This document shows, piece by piece, positions 19,139 through 28,089 of a stretch of 32,000 bases of DNA. Numbering within the stretch: the stretch's first letter is position 1; each line of letters begins with the position of its first letter. Below the pieces are notes generated by a model, which ran no database searches, was not told the DNA's origin, and saw nothing but the letters and a program-made list of their open reading frames with translations. The stretch spans positions 993,063-1,025,062 of the forward strand of contig CAZETV010000001.1 in the NCBI GenBank assembly GCA_964514965.1. Reading direction: 5' to 3'. Position numbers and translations under genes: made by a program. The DNA comes from Candidatus Hadarchaeota archaeon (lineage in GTDB: Archaea > Hadarchaeota > Hadarchaeia > Hadarchaeales > Hadarchaeaceae).

Positions 19139-19513
19139 ATGAGTGGGAGTAGAAAAGAGTGCGGACAAAGCGCGACCGAGTATATGTTAATCCTAGCGGC
19201 GGTGCTTGTCGCAGTTGCGGTGGCGGTCTACTACGTGGCAAAGGGCCCGTCTTTCCCACTATTGTCTGCTACCGTCACGAATGTGGACAACGAAATCAGG
19301 GTCAGCATAGACACGGGATCCATACCGGCAGGCGATTGGCAGTATTCCGTGAGCGCGATTTATGGAACATACGACTGGAAAAGTGAGGACGTAGAACTGA
19401 AAGCTCCGTACTTTAGCCTTGGGACTTACGACCCAGACATCTACTACGTGAGCCTTAAGCACCAACCAAGTGGCCACATCTACTTCTCGGACCAAACGAT
19501 AACGATAACGTAG
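19139..19513 (+). CDS. class III signal peptide pilin 2 (paralog of pilin 1)
   Basis: CGQSATEYMLILAAVLVAVAVAVYYV. The C-terminus (YYVSLKH.PSGHIYFSDQTITI) is shared with pilin 1. Confidence 0.87.
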   Translation: MSGSRKECGQSATEYMLILAAVLVAVAVAVYYVAKGPSFPLLSATVTNVDNEIRVSIDTGSIPAGDWQYSVSAIYGTYDWKSEDVELKAPYFSLGTYDPDIYYVSLKHQPSGHIYFSDQTITIT

Positions 19514-19566
19514 ATTTTTATCCTATCCTCCCCTATTCTTTTTTGTTGGGGCTCATGGTCACGAGG

Positions 19567-19752
19567 ATGAGTGAGCGCTCTCAAGGAGCAACCGAGTACT
19601 TGCTGATGCTAGGTGTCGTGCTGGTACTCGTGGCGGGTATAGTTGCGTCTATTTTCCTAGCCTCTCAGACCTTGGGTTCAAACGTTAGTGGCCAAATCAA
19701 TGACGTTATAGATAACTTGATAATTCCAAGTCTCGTTGGAACAATTTTCTGA
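19567..19752 (+). CDS. short class III signal peptide pilin 3
   Basis: MSERSQGATEYLLMLGVVLVLVAGIVAS. ATG at 19567 preferred over the track start at 19543. Confidence 0.78.
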   Translation: MSERSQGATEYLLMLGVVLVLVAGIVASIFLASQTLGSNVSGQINDVIDNLIIPSLVGTIF

Positions 19753-19789
19753 AAACTTAATAGCCAAGTGAATCGGTCAATCATATGAT

Positions 19790-20563
19790 TTACTCGGACT
19801 TACCCAAAATCGCTCTAACCTTTGCTCCCCGGAGCCCCAGCGTCGGCCGCTCCACGCTGATTTTTACCGAGTCCCCTTTCTTGATTTTGGCGAAGCTCTC
19901 CACAGCGTACAGGCCCGACTTCACGTTGCTGCAGATGTCGTAGCTTATTCTGACCACCGCCCGTTTGCCCCGAATCTCTTCAACCGTGCCGTAGGTGAAG
20001 TTTCGCCCGTACTTGAGCCTGAACGCCACAAACGCCACTAAAACGAACCCCATTGCCATCAGAGGAGGAATAAGCGCAAGGTAGAGCGCCTCGATTGAGA
20101 ACTCGACAGGGAAGTATCGGAATGCCAGCACAAAGACCCAAGCGATGGTCACACACATTATCACGAAGCTCCGGTAGGCGGAATAGTCTCGTTTGAACGC
20201 GTGCTTGAGTTGAGTTGCCGTCAAGTAGAGTAGATAAGCGCTCAGCGCGAGAAGCAAGAAAGTGAAGATAAAAATTTCTGCGGGGAACAACGCGATGTAG
20301 ATTACTGCAGCCCCGAAGAGTGAGAGGATCGCCAGCTGCGCTTTGAGCATCACGTACTCGGGCCATCCCGTGTGGCGCCGCTCAAAGAAGCTCTGAAACA
20401 TTTTTGGGATTTCGGGCTTTCGTATCTGCGGGGCCCTTTTCTTTACATTTGGAGCCCTGCGTTTCAGCCTGCTGGGGAGCTTTCCGACTTCTAGAACCGC
20501 GTCACCGACTCTGCGGAAGAAACCGGTTGTTCTGGAACTTTTGTGCGGCATTTTATTCACCAA
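19790..20563 (-). CDS. DUF2101-like multi-TM membrane protein
   Basis: Basic N-terminus, several TM helices, and a C-terminal beta-rich KGDSVKISVERPTLGLRGAKVRAILGK. Last gene of the pilin-like operon. Confidence 0.55.
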   Translation of the reverse strand: MVNKMPHKSSRTTGFFRRVGDAVLEVGKLPSRLKRRAPNVKKRAPQIRKPEIPKMFQSFFERRHTGWPEYVMLKAQLAILSLFGAAVIYIALFPAEIFIFTFLLLALSAYLLYLTATQLKHAFKRDYSAYRSFVIMCVTIAWVFVLAFRYFPVEFSIEALYLALIPPLMAMGFVLVAFVAFRLKYGRNFTYGTVEEIRGKRAVVRISYDICSNVKSGLYAVESFAKIKKGDSVKISVERPTLGLRGAKVRAILGKSE

Positions 20564-20567
20564 ATAT

Positions 20568-21263
20568 CTACCCTAAATCCACCGTCGATGAGTACTGCAG
20601 GGCGCCTCTCGGATCTCTAACGTTAATAAACACTTTAAGTTGTGTCACGCCTTTTACCTCGGTGTTCTCCCCAACATGAGTATTCTCAGGAGCACCGACT
20701 CTATCCCAAAGTAGTTGGTCTGAATAATAAACATCCGGGTAATAGATGCCGTCGTACTCCTCGATAGTTATTCGGAGATTTTCACCGATTTTTTCGACAA
20801 ACAAGACGGGTTCATCATAATCTGGTTCTCCGATGCCCCAAGAAGCTTCATTTGACTCCTCGAAGTAGTAGAACCAGTTCTCTCCGGGAGCATTCTCAAC
20901 AATATTACAGTATTGTGTCCCAGCAAGATGATTTTCTCCTATGTTTATGACACGAATCCACAACATCCAACTGGGCTTGATATCCACGAGCAACCCTGTG
21001 GCAGCACGGTAGTTGTCCGCGAGCTCACTAAGCGTGATGTCGGCGTTGTCTATCAGCAGACTCTCATTCCACAAATCCTTTACCACGCGCTCGATATCAT
21101 TGCCAGTATAGAACACCTTATCAGCGGAGGCCTGTAACGTAGTGGCTTCTCCGCCCATCTCGATGATTGTAAAACAAGAGGCTACGAGCAGCATAGCCGG
21201 CAGTACGAGCAGCAGCGCTATCCCGCTCAGGACGAACCCCCGTTGGTCTTTACGCATTCTCAT
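20568..21263 (-). CDS. pilin-like/secreted protein with an N-terminal TM anchor
   Basis: MRMRKDQRGFVLSGIALLLVLPAMLLVASC. The ATG at 21263 overlaps the upstream stop (ATGA). Confidence 0.65.
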   Translation of the reverse strand: MRMRKDQRGFVLSGIALLLVLPAMLLVASCFTIIEMGGEATTLQASADKVFYTGNDIERVVKDLWNESLLIDNADITLSELADNYRAATGLLVDIKPSWMLWIRVINIGENHLAGTQYCNIVENAPGENWFYYFEESNEASWGIGEPDYDEPVLFVEKIGENLRITIEEYDGIYYPDVYYSDQLLWDRVGAPENTHVGENTEVKGVTQLKVFINVRDPRGALQYSSTVDLG

Positions 21264-21742
21264 ATCCCCGTCCCCCGCCACACGTAAAGAGTAATAGGGT
21301 CAAACACGTTTTCAGGCGGAAATAGTAAAACACGAGTTGCAACGGCGATATCCTCGGCATTTATAAAATTGCTATACCATTCGGCGTGATTTCCAACGCT
21401 TGGATAAACATTATCCAGTCTAGGATTATTTTCGTCCCCAATTAGAAATCTAAACTGTATTTCATCGGGCAAGATTTTTCGTAGCTCGTTTTCGGCAAGT
21501 TCCGCGGCCCAAGAGTTTTCTCCTTCAGCGAGCAAGTTTATGATGTTGTCCAGCGTGCCAGAAAGCTGCATCGTCTCGAGCGCATCGTTGGCATAACGTT
21601 CCAAGCGCAGGTATCCGTGCTGCTCGTATATGATCCCAGGGCTGCTCACGTGAGCTACCCCTGCCATCACAATCATCACAACCAGCATCGCCAGTGTCGC
21701 GTCGAGGCTGAAGATGAACCCGCGTTGGTCCTTGGCGTTCAT
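21260..21742 (-). CDS. pilin-like protein with the variant motif RGFIFSLDATLAM
   Basis: N-terminal MNAKDQRGFIFSLDATLAMLVVMIVMAGVA, with the acidic residue embedded at the start of the TM. Confidence 0.68.
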   Translation of the reverse strand: MNAKDQRGFIFSLDATLAMLVVMIVMAGVAHVSSPGIIYEQHGYLRLERYANDALETMQLSGTLDNIINLLAEGENSWAAELAENELRKILPDEIQFRFLIGDENNPRLDNVYPSVGNHAEWYSNFINAEDIAVATRVLLFPPENVFDPITLYVWRGTGI

Positions 21743-21746
21743 GTGT

Positions 21747-22790
21747 CTACCTCCACATTTTCACCTCAAGAGTCGCTGGCAACGGTTGTAAGAACATGGT
21801 GGCATCGCTCCAGTCTGAGCAGGATGGAAGTGTGACAATGCAAACTTTAACAACCCAATCTGGTCCAGAAGTGAATTTGAACCCCAAAAAGTTAGTACCT
21901 ACAAATAGATTATCTTCAGCTTCAATTTGGCTGTCGTTTTCTATGCCGCCATGTTGAAAGTGACCTTTAGGCGGGTCTTCCGGACCTGGAGAAACTCTTT
22001 GTGGCATATCTGAGTATACAAAGTTATAATCGGAAGATCCATCTGGGTTCTCACCGACATCACCATCTCTAGCGTTGTCGTTTACCCATATCTGAAGATT
22101 GGGCTTGGCGCCAGTTCCTTCTTTCAACCCAACGACGACGATGTAAAAGTCGAATGCATCGAGTTCTCCCGGATAAATCTCAAATACCAGTTCATTTTCC
22201 GTTGCTCCTCCTCCCGCTTTAAATATTGGCCCTGAATCTGCCCGAATCGCCGACCCGTACCTGACTGAAATCAAACGTCTAACGACTGCAACATCAAGGG
22301 AATTTTCCGCCCCGGAGTTTTCCCCCACTTGCTCAGCGCTCCACCTCGGAAAAGCATACCACATTTCATCATTATTTTCATCAAGTATCCTAACTTCAAA
22401 CTTCTCTGATCCCCCAAAGAGTTTTTTTATTGTTTCCACAGCTCCAGCGTTTATCGGGGCATCCCAGTTGTCTTTGTTGATCAAGCGCCTGAACTGTCCA
22501 AATTTCTTAATATCAATGGTATTCGGAATCGGCTCCCCTGCGTTCTCCTCTGCAAATCCCAAAATGCTTAGCGTGATAGAATTTTCCCACCAGTTATATG
22601 ACGCGCCAGCAGTCTTCAAAAGAACGTCTGCAGCATCATTTGCCGTGCGCTCGAGCGAGTACCGGAGCGAGTATTCCTCGGCCTGCTTGCGCGCCTGCTC
22701 AAGCGCCAGCCCGGAGTAGCTCACCACTAGCACAGTCAGGGCCAGCGCGAAAAACATGTCGAGAGTGAAAATTTGTCCTCGCTCTTTCAT
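21747..22790 (-). CDS. large pilin-like protein with the variant motif RGQIFTLDMFFAL
   Basis: MKERGQIFTLDMFFALALTVLVVSYSGLALEQARKQAEEYSL followed by a large extracellular-type domain. Confidence 0.7.
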   Translation of the reverse strand: MKERGQIFTLDMFFALALTVLVVSYSGLALEQARKQAEEYSLRYSLERTANDAADVLLKTAGASYNWWENSITLSILGFAEENAGEPIPNTIDIKKFGQFRRLINKDNWDAPINAGAVETIKKLFGGSEKFEVRILDENNDEMWYAFPRWSAEQVGENSGAENSLDVAVVRRLISVRYGSAIRADSGPIFKAGGGATENELVFEIYPGELDAFDFYIVVVGLKEGTGAKPNLQIWVNDNARDGDVGENPDGSSDYNFVYSDMPQRVSPGPEDPPKGHFQHGGIENDSQIEAEDNLFVGTNFLGFKFTSGPDWVVKVCIVTLPSCSDWSDATMFLQPLPATLEVKMWR

Positions 22791-23188
22791 TTGATCACCC
22801 TCATTACCTCCACCGCCACATCATAGGTGTAGTGGCTGGTCTTGACAGGTTCTGCAGTTTCTGGGAGAAAACCGACGATAGCATTGTAAATGTGTTTGAG
22901 TGCTCCCTGCCTGAGGTTGTCCGAGATGGTCTGGTTATCCGGTGGTGGCCCGCCCCTCACATTGACATGAATCATTATGGTGCCCGCGTTGAAATCTAGT
23001 TGTTCAATACCAATTGTGCACCCATACTCGATGTCCAAGGCAGCAATCGCATTTTCCGCTCCAACACGGGCTGCCGACATCGCAACTGCCATCTCGTTGC
23101 TTCCGGTACCCGAATATAGCAGCGATGCGACCGCCACGAGGATCGCCCCGACGAGAATTAACATCTCCGCGCTGGATTGGCCCCTCAT
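22787..23188 (-). CDS. class III signal peptide pilin-like protein
   Basis: MRGQSSAEMLILVGAILVAVASLL. The ATG at 23188 overlaps the upstream stop (ATGA), preceded by GGAGGT. Confidence 0.78.
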   Translation of the reverse strand: MRGQSSAEMLILVGAILVAVASLLYSGTGSNEMAVAMSAARVGAENAIAALDIEYGCTIGIEQLDFNAGTIMIHVNVRGGPPPDNQTISDNLRQGALKHIYNAIVGFLPETAEPVKTSHYTYDVAVEVMRVIK

Positions 23189-23610
23189 GTTTTCGTGACC
23201 TCCAATTTGCTGTCCACCCAATGCACCAGGATTGTATTTTCCAGATTGTCATGCCCCAGCACGAAATTCTCAACGTTTTTACAGACGACCACCACGCCCA
23301 CAGTCCCCCAAGCCGAATTTTCCACTAAGATTTGCCGCTGGGTGTTGTCGAAACTAATTTGGTAAAAGTAGCTTCCAATTTTCGACGGCAGGTCCACGCG
23401 GAGCTCGAAGTTCGGCCCATCCGCATACACGGTGTTTATTGCCGCAGCGAGCTTTTCACCGATGGTTCTAGCTTCCAACCTAGCGCTCATCAGCCCGGCA
23501 GCTTCATTTCGTCCCTCGTAAATGTTTAAAAATGATGCTGAAATTATCAGGAGGAGAGTAACCGCGAACATCGCGTCAATCGAGAAAAATCCTCGCTCGC
23601 GAAGCTCCAT
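23185..23610 (-). CDS. pilin-like protein with the variant motif RGFFSIDAMFAV
   Basis: MELRERGFFSIDAMFAVTLLLIISASFLNI. Confidence 0.7.
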   Translation of the reverse strand: MELRERGFFSIDAMFAVTLLLIISASFLNIYEGRNEAAGLMSARLEARTIGEKLAAAINTVYADGPNFELRVDLPSKIGSYFYQISFDNTQRQILVENSAWGTVGVVVVCKNVENFVLGHDNLENTILVHWVDSKLEVTKT

Positions 23611-23612
23611 CG

Positions 23613-24062
23613 TCAGCCCCCCACCGGCTTGATGTTTATTGTGATTTTGTAGTTGTCTGGAGTAAGACTATTGTTGTCACTCGACCACTCTACAATTGCC
23701 GTGTAGGTTCCGGCCGAGAGGTTTTGTAGGGAACCGTTAAACCCGTACTTTAGATTACTTTGGACATTTTGCGTTCCGTTTGATGTCTTTAGACTAATCG
23801 TGAGTTTATTCTCTGTGAGCTGCAAGTCCCAGTTGCTGTCCATTGGAAAACTTACGCTTTTTACTGCCCCTTTTTCATTGCTGTACACGGAGTTTATCGC
23901 ACCCGAGATGGCATCGGCGGCGAATCTAGCTTGGGAAAGATGCAAAGTGTCTCTTCCAGCCTCCTGTGTAGGGGTTATCATTTGCCCGAACGTGACCGTG
24001 GCGAATATTACCAACACAGCCGAAAAAATGAGCAAGTATTCGACGGCTGCTTGCCCTCGCAT
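23613..24062 (-). CDS. class III signal peptide pilin-like protein
   Basis: MRGQAAVEYLLIFSAVLVIFATVTFGQM. Confidence 0.82.
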   Translation of the reverse strand: MRGQAAVEYLLIFSAVLVIFATVTFGQMITPTQEAGRDTLHLSQARFAADAISGAINSVYSNEKGAVKSVSFPMDSNWDLQLTENKLTISLKTSNGTQNVQSNLKYGFNGSLQNLSAGTYTAIVEWSSDNNSLTPDNYKITINIKPVGG

Positions 24063-24602
24063 CTAAGTCACCTCGATATCGGAAATTACAATGTACCTCA
24101 GACCATCCTTGTACTCGTACGTGAAAGTTGTTATATGGAGACCAGAGTCATCCTTGAAGTTTTCATCCCCAACCACCACACGGTTTTCGTTATTCTCGCT
24201 CGGCAGAATGGTATCTAGCAGTATGATGGCCTCACGTTTGTTGTCCCACTCGCCGTTTCCGTCTAGATCAAGCCAGATTTGGACATCCATTCGGTTGTCG
24301 GGGGCTACATCGTTATCGGTGGTTTCTATCCCATCGACGTTCACATTCGCGTATATTTTTACTACCCCTTCCGGCAGCCGATACTCAACCGTCTGTTTTG
24401 AACCAACGCCTGCGGCATAAACAGTGTTGAGGGCATTTGTTATCTCGCCCGCAGCCTCGCGTGCATCCGCAAGTTTCGAGACTTTCTCAGCTTCGACGCG
24501 CGCCTGATTGTACATCGGCATTGTGGTCGCAGCGAGGATTATAAGCAATCCCGAAATCACGACGATAAACTCGATGCTGAGTTGGCCCCTCACTTTGACC
24601 AC
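24063..24602 (-). CDS. class III signal peptide pilin-like protein (first gene of the minus-strand operon)
   Basis: MVKVRGQLSIEFIVVISGLLIILAATTMPMYNQARVEAEK. Confidence 0.82.
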   Translation of the reverse strand: MVKVRGQLSIEFIVVISGLLIILAATTMPMYNQARVEAEKVSKLADAREAAGEITNALNTVYAAGVGSKQTVEYRLPEGVVKIYANVNVDGIETTDNDVAPDNRMDVQIWLDLDGNGEWDNKREAIILLDTILPSENNENRVVVGDENFKDDSGLHITTFTYEYKDGLRYIVISDIEVT

Positions 24603-24737
24603 GTTGAAAATTTTGCCGCGCCAGTATTAACTTTTCTCTTGACGTTATTCAAAAAGCAACCAAATCAGCTAGTTTTGCTAGTTTGACCTGAAAAAACAGC
24701 AGATTTTAAGTTACTTAAACAATGGATATCTGGTGCC

Positions 24738-25469
24738 ATGGCGCGGATTATAATATTATCATCCGGTAAAGGCGGAACTGGGAAGACCACGGTGACCGCA
24801 AACTTAGGTATTGCGCTCGCAAAACGCGGTAAAAAGGTCATCGCCTTGGACGCCGATGTGACCATGGCGAACTTGGGGCTGATGCTCAGTCTTGAAGGGA
24901 AGAAAATAACATTGCATGAGGTGCTCTCGGGTAAGAAAAATGCTAAACAAGCGGTTTACAATGGTCCCGCTGGCCTGAAAGTCGTGCCATGTGGGATGTC
25001 ACTGGAAGGGGTTCAAAAAGTCAAACTCGGTAGGTTAAAAAAGGTGGTGCTGGAACTCGCCGATAATGTAGATTTCTTGCTCGTCGATAGTTCATCTGGG
25101 ATGGGGCATGATTCGATAACCGCGCTGGCCGTTGCTCAAGAGGCCATCCTCGTGGTAACCCCAAATTTTGCCTCTATTCTAGAAGCCATGAAGATAAAAC
25201 GTGTTGTTGAACGTCTTCACACAAAAGCACCTGGGATAATAATTAACCGTGCAAGTAGGGAACGAACAGATCTTTCTCAAAGGGAAATAGAGTCCATTTT
25301 GGAGTTGCCCGTGATCGGGGTTATTCCTGAAGATATCGAAGTCAAGCGTGCAGTAGCTCTCGGTGAAGCTGTGGTTTTACGTTCGCCGAAAGCACCGGCC
25401 GCAAAAGCGTTTAAAAAATTGGTCGAAACACTTCTCAAATCAAAGGGCAAAAATGACACAAGTAGCTAA
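24738..25469 (+). CDS. MinD/ParA-like P-loop ATPase
   Basis: Deviant Walker A SSGKGGTGKTTVTANLG, ALDADVTMANLGLML, LLVDSSSG. Confidence 0.92.
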   Translation: MARIIILSSGKGGTGKTTVTANLGIALAKRGKKVIALDADVTMANLGLMLSLEGKKITLHEVLSGKKNAKQAVYNGPAGLKVVPCGMSLEGVQKVKLGRLKKVVLELADNVDFLLVDSSSGMGHDSITALAVAQEAILVVTPNFASILEAMKIKRVVERLHTKAPGIIINRASRERTDLSQREIESILELPVIGVIPEDIEVKRAVALGEAVVLRSPKAPAAKAFKKLVETLLKSKGKNDTSS

Positions 25470-25570
25470 CCAAAGCATAAAACAAGTTATCAATCTTCGG
25501 GTTCCTAAAAAAAGTATTTTTTATTAAAACTACCCGATAAACTTTAAATTTAGGCTGACGACGATAAGTT

Positions 25571-25954
25571 ATGCCAAAGAAGGACGAACAGGGTAAAAAA
25601 GCCACGGTCATAAAGCGCGATTTGGAGATAACAGAGCGAGAACTCCGTCAAGTCACAGATTTTCAATGGATCTATGCAAAACGAATGTTGAGATTTGGCT
25701 TTGCATCATGGATTTTAGGATTGGTTTTGTTTTTCTTTATCTTGGTCATTCGTGGGTTAGAATTTTTGGGCCGATTATCCTTGGCGTATCCTTTGTTGAT
25801 AATTGCTATTGTGGTTCCAATTTTTATAACAGCCTTCTCCGTGCGCAAATTTAACGCAAAACTCAAGCGTTTGGAACGCGTCCGAAAGCTGCTGCTGACA
25901 GATTATGAACGAGCAATTCTAAAGCGTGCTGATACCCTTATTAAGAAAAAGTGA
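25571..25954 (+). CDS. small two-TM membrane protein with charged termini
   Basis: 127 aa with two hydrophobic segments (FASWILGLVLFFFILVI and YPLLIIAIVVPIFITAF). Confidence 0.6.
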   Translation: MPKKDEQGKKATVIKRDLEITERELRQVTDFQWIYAKRMLRFGFASWILGLVLFFFILVIRGLEFLGRLSLAYPLLIIAIVVPIFITAFSVRKFNAKLKRLERVRKLLLTDYERAILKRADTLIKKK

Positions 25955-26680
25955 TCATGAAGTTGATTTTTTAGTTCTCATTTCCACGAGTTTTCTGGCC
26001 AACGCCTTGATAGCCTTTGAAGCAAGTGAGTTTGGGGTTGCATCGACCGCGATTTTTCCTGAGTTGAAAGCTTTTTTGATGTTTATATCTTCGGGCACCT
26101 CCGCTAGCACTGGCAGGTTGAGTAGATGCCCAATTTCCGAGCTCGTGAGTTCAAATTCCTCTCGAAGTACACGGTTGACGACGACACCAATGGACTTTAA
26201 ACCCAAAAAATCCGCAATCAAGCGGGTCTTCATCATGTCTGAAGCTGCCGCAATTTCGGGAAGAGTGATCAATAACACTTCCTGTCCCGCGCGGAGCGCT
26301 GCAATAGTTTCGCGCCGTAACCCGCTGGGCGCATCGATGAGCAGAAAATCTGCATTTATCGATAATTCTTTCAATATCCCCGGTAAACGGTTGGGCAATG
26401 CTTTTTTTACTTGATTGAGCGTGACTCCCGCGGGTATTATTTTTAGACCAGAGGGCCCCTGATAGATGACATCATTCAATGGAATCTCGCCGGCGAGCAC
26501 ATCATTCAAGGTGTAAGGTACCTTCTCAAGCTTGAACATCGTACCGAGATTTGGGGTCGTCAAACTTGCATCCAAAACTATGGCCTTTTTACCCATTTTG
26601 GCGATCGCGAGGCCAAGATTCGCAGTTAGAGTACTACGCCCTACGCCCCCCTTGCCGGATCCAAGCACGATTCGGCGCAC
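25955..26680 (-). CDS. MinD/ParA-like protein with a substituted Walker A (GKGGVGRST)
   Basis: RRIVLGSGKGGVGRSTLTANLGLAIAK...LLIDAPSG. The likely start is GTG at 26680; the 61-residue extension in the track is not MinD-like. Confidence 0.88.
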   Translation of the reverse strand: MRRIVLGSGKGGVGRSTLTANLGLAIAKMGKKAIVLDASLTTPNLGTMFKLEKVPYTLNDVLAGEIPLNDVIYQGPSGLKIIPAGVTLNQVKKALPNRLPGILKELSINADFLLIDAPSGLRRETIAALRAGQEVLLITLPEIAAASDMMKTRLIADFLGLKSIGVVVNRVLREEFELTSSEIGHLLNLPVLAEVPEDINIKKAFNSGKIAVDATPNSLASKAIKALARKLVEMRTKKSTS

Positions 26681-26866
26681 GTGATGCCCATAAGAAACAT
26701 TAGCTCGCCCGATTAAGAATAATGCGGTAGGGCCAATTTTTAAATAAATCAATGCTATTTTTTTAGGAGATTGATTGATAAAAATAGGTGAAATTTGGAT
26801 AAATTGGTCATTAAAAACGCATCTTTGTAGGATTTGAAGCTTTGTTGAATAAGTATTTCTCACCTC

Positions 26867-28087
26867 CTACTTTTGCAACACGGGGGCGACTTTTTCAACA
26901 ACATTAATCCCCAGCTCAAAGGATTCCTGAATCAGAACGCAGACGTTATGGCACAACAATTTTAACAATACCTCGTTTAGCTGGGCGGTCTTCGTCTTGC
27001 TTCTCACCGAGTCGCCGAACTTTGCCTTAACCATGTGGAAAACCGTTTCAACATTCGACCGCTTGTGGTAGTGGGTTAAAAATTCCTCACGGTTGAATTG
27101 GAAGTAATGGAACATTTTGGCCCATATCATCGAACCCCTCGCTTTTCCCGTTGTGCCTTGCTTGAACGGGATAAACGCCTCGCCTCCGAGTTTCCCGACC
27201 ACCTCAAGGTTATCCCTCGCTAAGTAACCCATGTCGGCTGAAACCTCCTTTATCTGGAAGTTCTGCGCCGTGTCTTCTATCAATCCCTTGAACTGTGGCG
27301 AATCCGCACCCGTTGATTCGGTGAGCTTGACCGCCGTGACGATATTCGTTTTTGTTCCACAGGCGATATGCGCCTTTATCCACATTCGAGAATCGATGAC
27401 CTTACCATATTTGAAACTGAACCATCGGTCAAATCTCGAAGTGCTGAAACCTGAGCTATCAACCGCAAAATCACTTTCGACCGAAGCAAGGGGTATGCTA
27501 CTTTGCTTAATCAAATTCATCAGGATCGGCGTTAGTTCCTCTTTCTCCATGTATCTTGCTACCGTGCTGTAATGCACAACCCCGTCTATGTATTTCTTCT
27601 CGTTTGCGGTTTTCATGAGGTTGGCGAACCTCCGCAGGGAAAAGGTCGAATAGACTTTCAAGGCACTCACGAAAACCATGTCCGACATCGGCACGGTTGG
27701 CCTGCCGAAGACGTAGGGTTTGTTCTGTATGCCGCCGCAAAGGTCTGAAAGATAGCGCATGAAAAACTCTCCCTCATGAGTTTGCGCCTTGTCGTATGCC
27801 GACCAATCCTGCGCATAAGTAACCTTGACCGCTTTCGTCACGGTCTTGTTACCTTCCGAATCAGTAACAATCTTGCAGTAATATTCAACGGCCCAGATGT
27901 GCTTGCATTTTGTATGTCGGGTTTGGCAGTCTGGGCAGTCACAAACGCTTTCTAATCCTCCTGTTTCTACGTGATAAACCCCGTGTCCCGTCTGGCTTGG
28001 GACAACCCACTTCATACCTTCCCTAATTATTCTTGAGGACTTGGCAATTGCCAAACCTCGTTGTTGTCGTTCGTCCATCTTTACCAC
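26867..28087 (-). CDS. DDE transposase with N-terminal SWIM-like zinc finger
   Basis: CDCPDCQTRHTKCKHIWAVEYY zinc finger. DDE candidates: AVDSSGF, SADMGY and KRSNVETVFHMVKAKFG. An ATG is available at 28078. Confidence 0.87.
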   Translation of the reverse strand: MVKMDERQQRGLAIAKSSRIIREGMKWVVPSQTGHGVYHVETGGLESVCDCPDCQTRHTKCKHIWAVEYYCKIVTDSEGNKTVTKAVKVTYAQDWSAYDKAQTHEGEFFMRYLSDLCGGIQNKPYVFGRPTVPMSDMVFVSALKVYSTFSLRRFANLMKTANEKKYIDGVVHYSTVARYMEKEELTPILMNLIKQSSIPLASVESDFAVDSSGFSTSRFDRWFSFKYGKVIDSRMWIKAHIACGTKTNIVTAVKLTESTGADSPQFKGLIEDTAQNFQIKEVSADMGYLARDNLEVVGKLGGEAFIPFKQGTTGKARGSMIWAKMFHYFQFNREEFLTHYHKRSNVETVFHMVKAKFGDSVRSKTKTAQLNEVLLKLLCHNVCVLIQESFELGINVVEKVAPVLQK

Positions 28088-28089
28088 CT

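Noticed and set aside
26681-26863. 61-residue N-terminal extension of the second MinD-like ORF
   Set aside because: The sequence before RRIVLGSGKGG is unlike MinD proteins and probably reflects intergenic DNA; GTG at 26680 is the better start.
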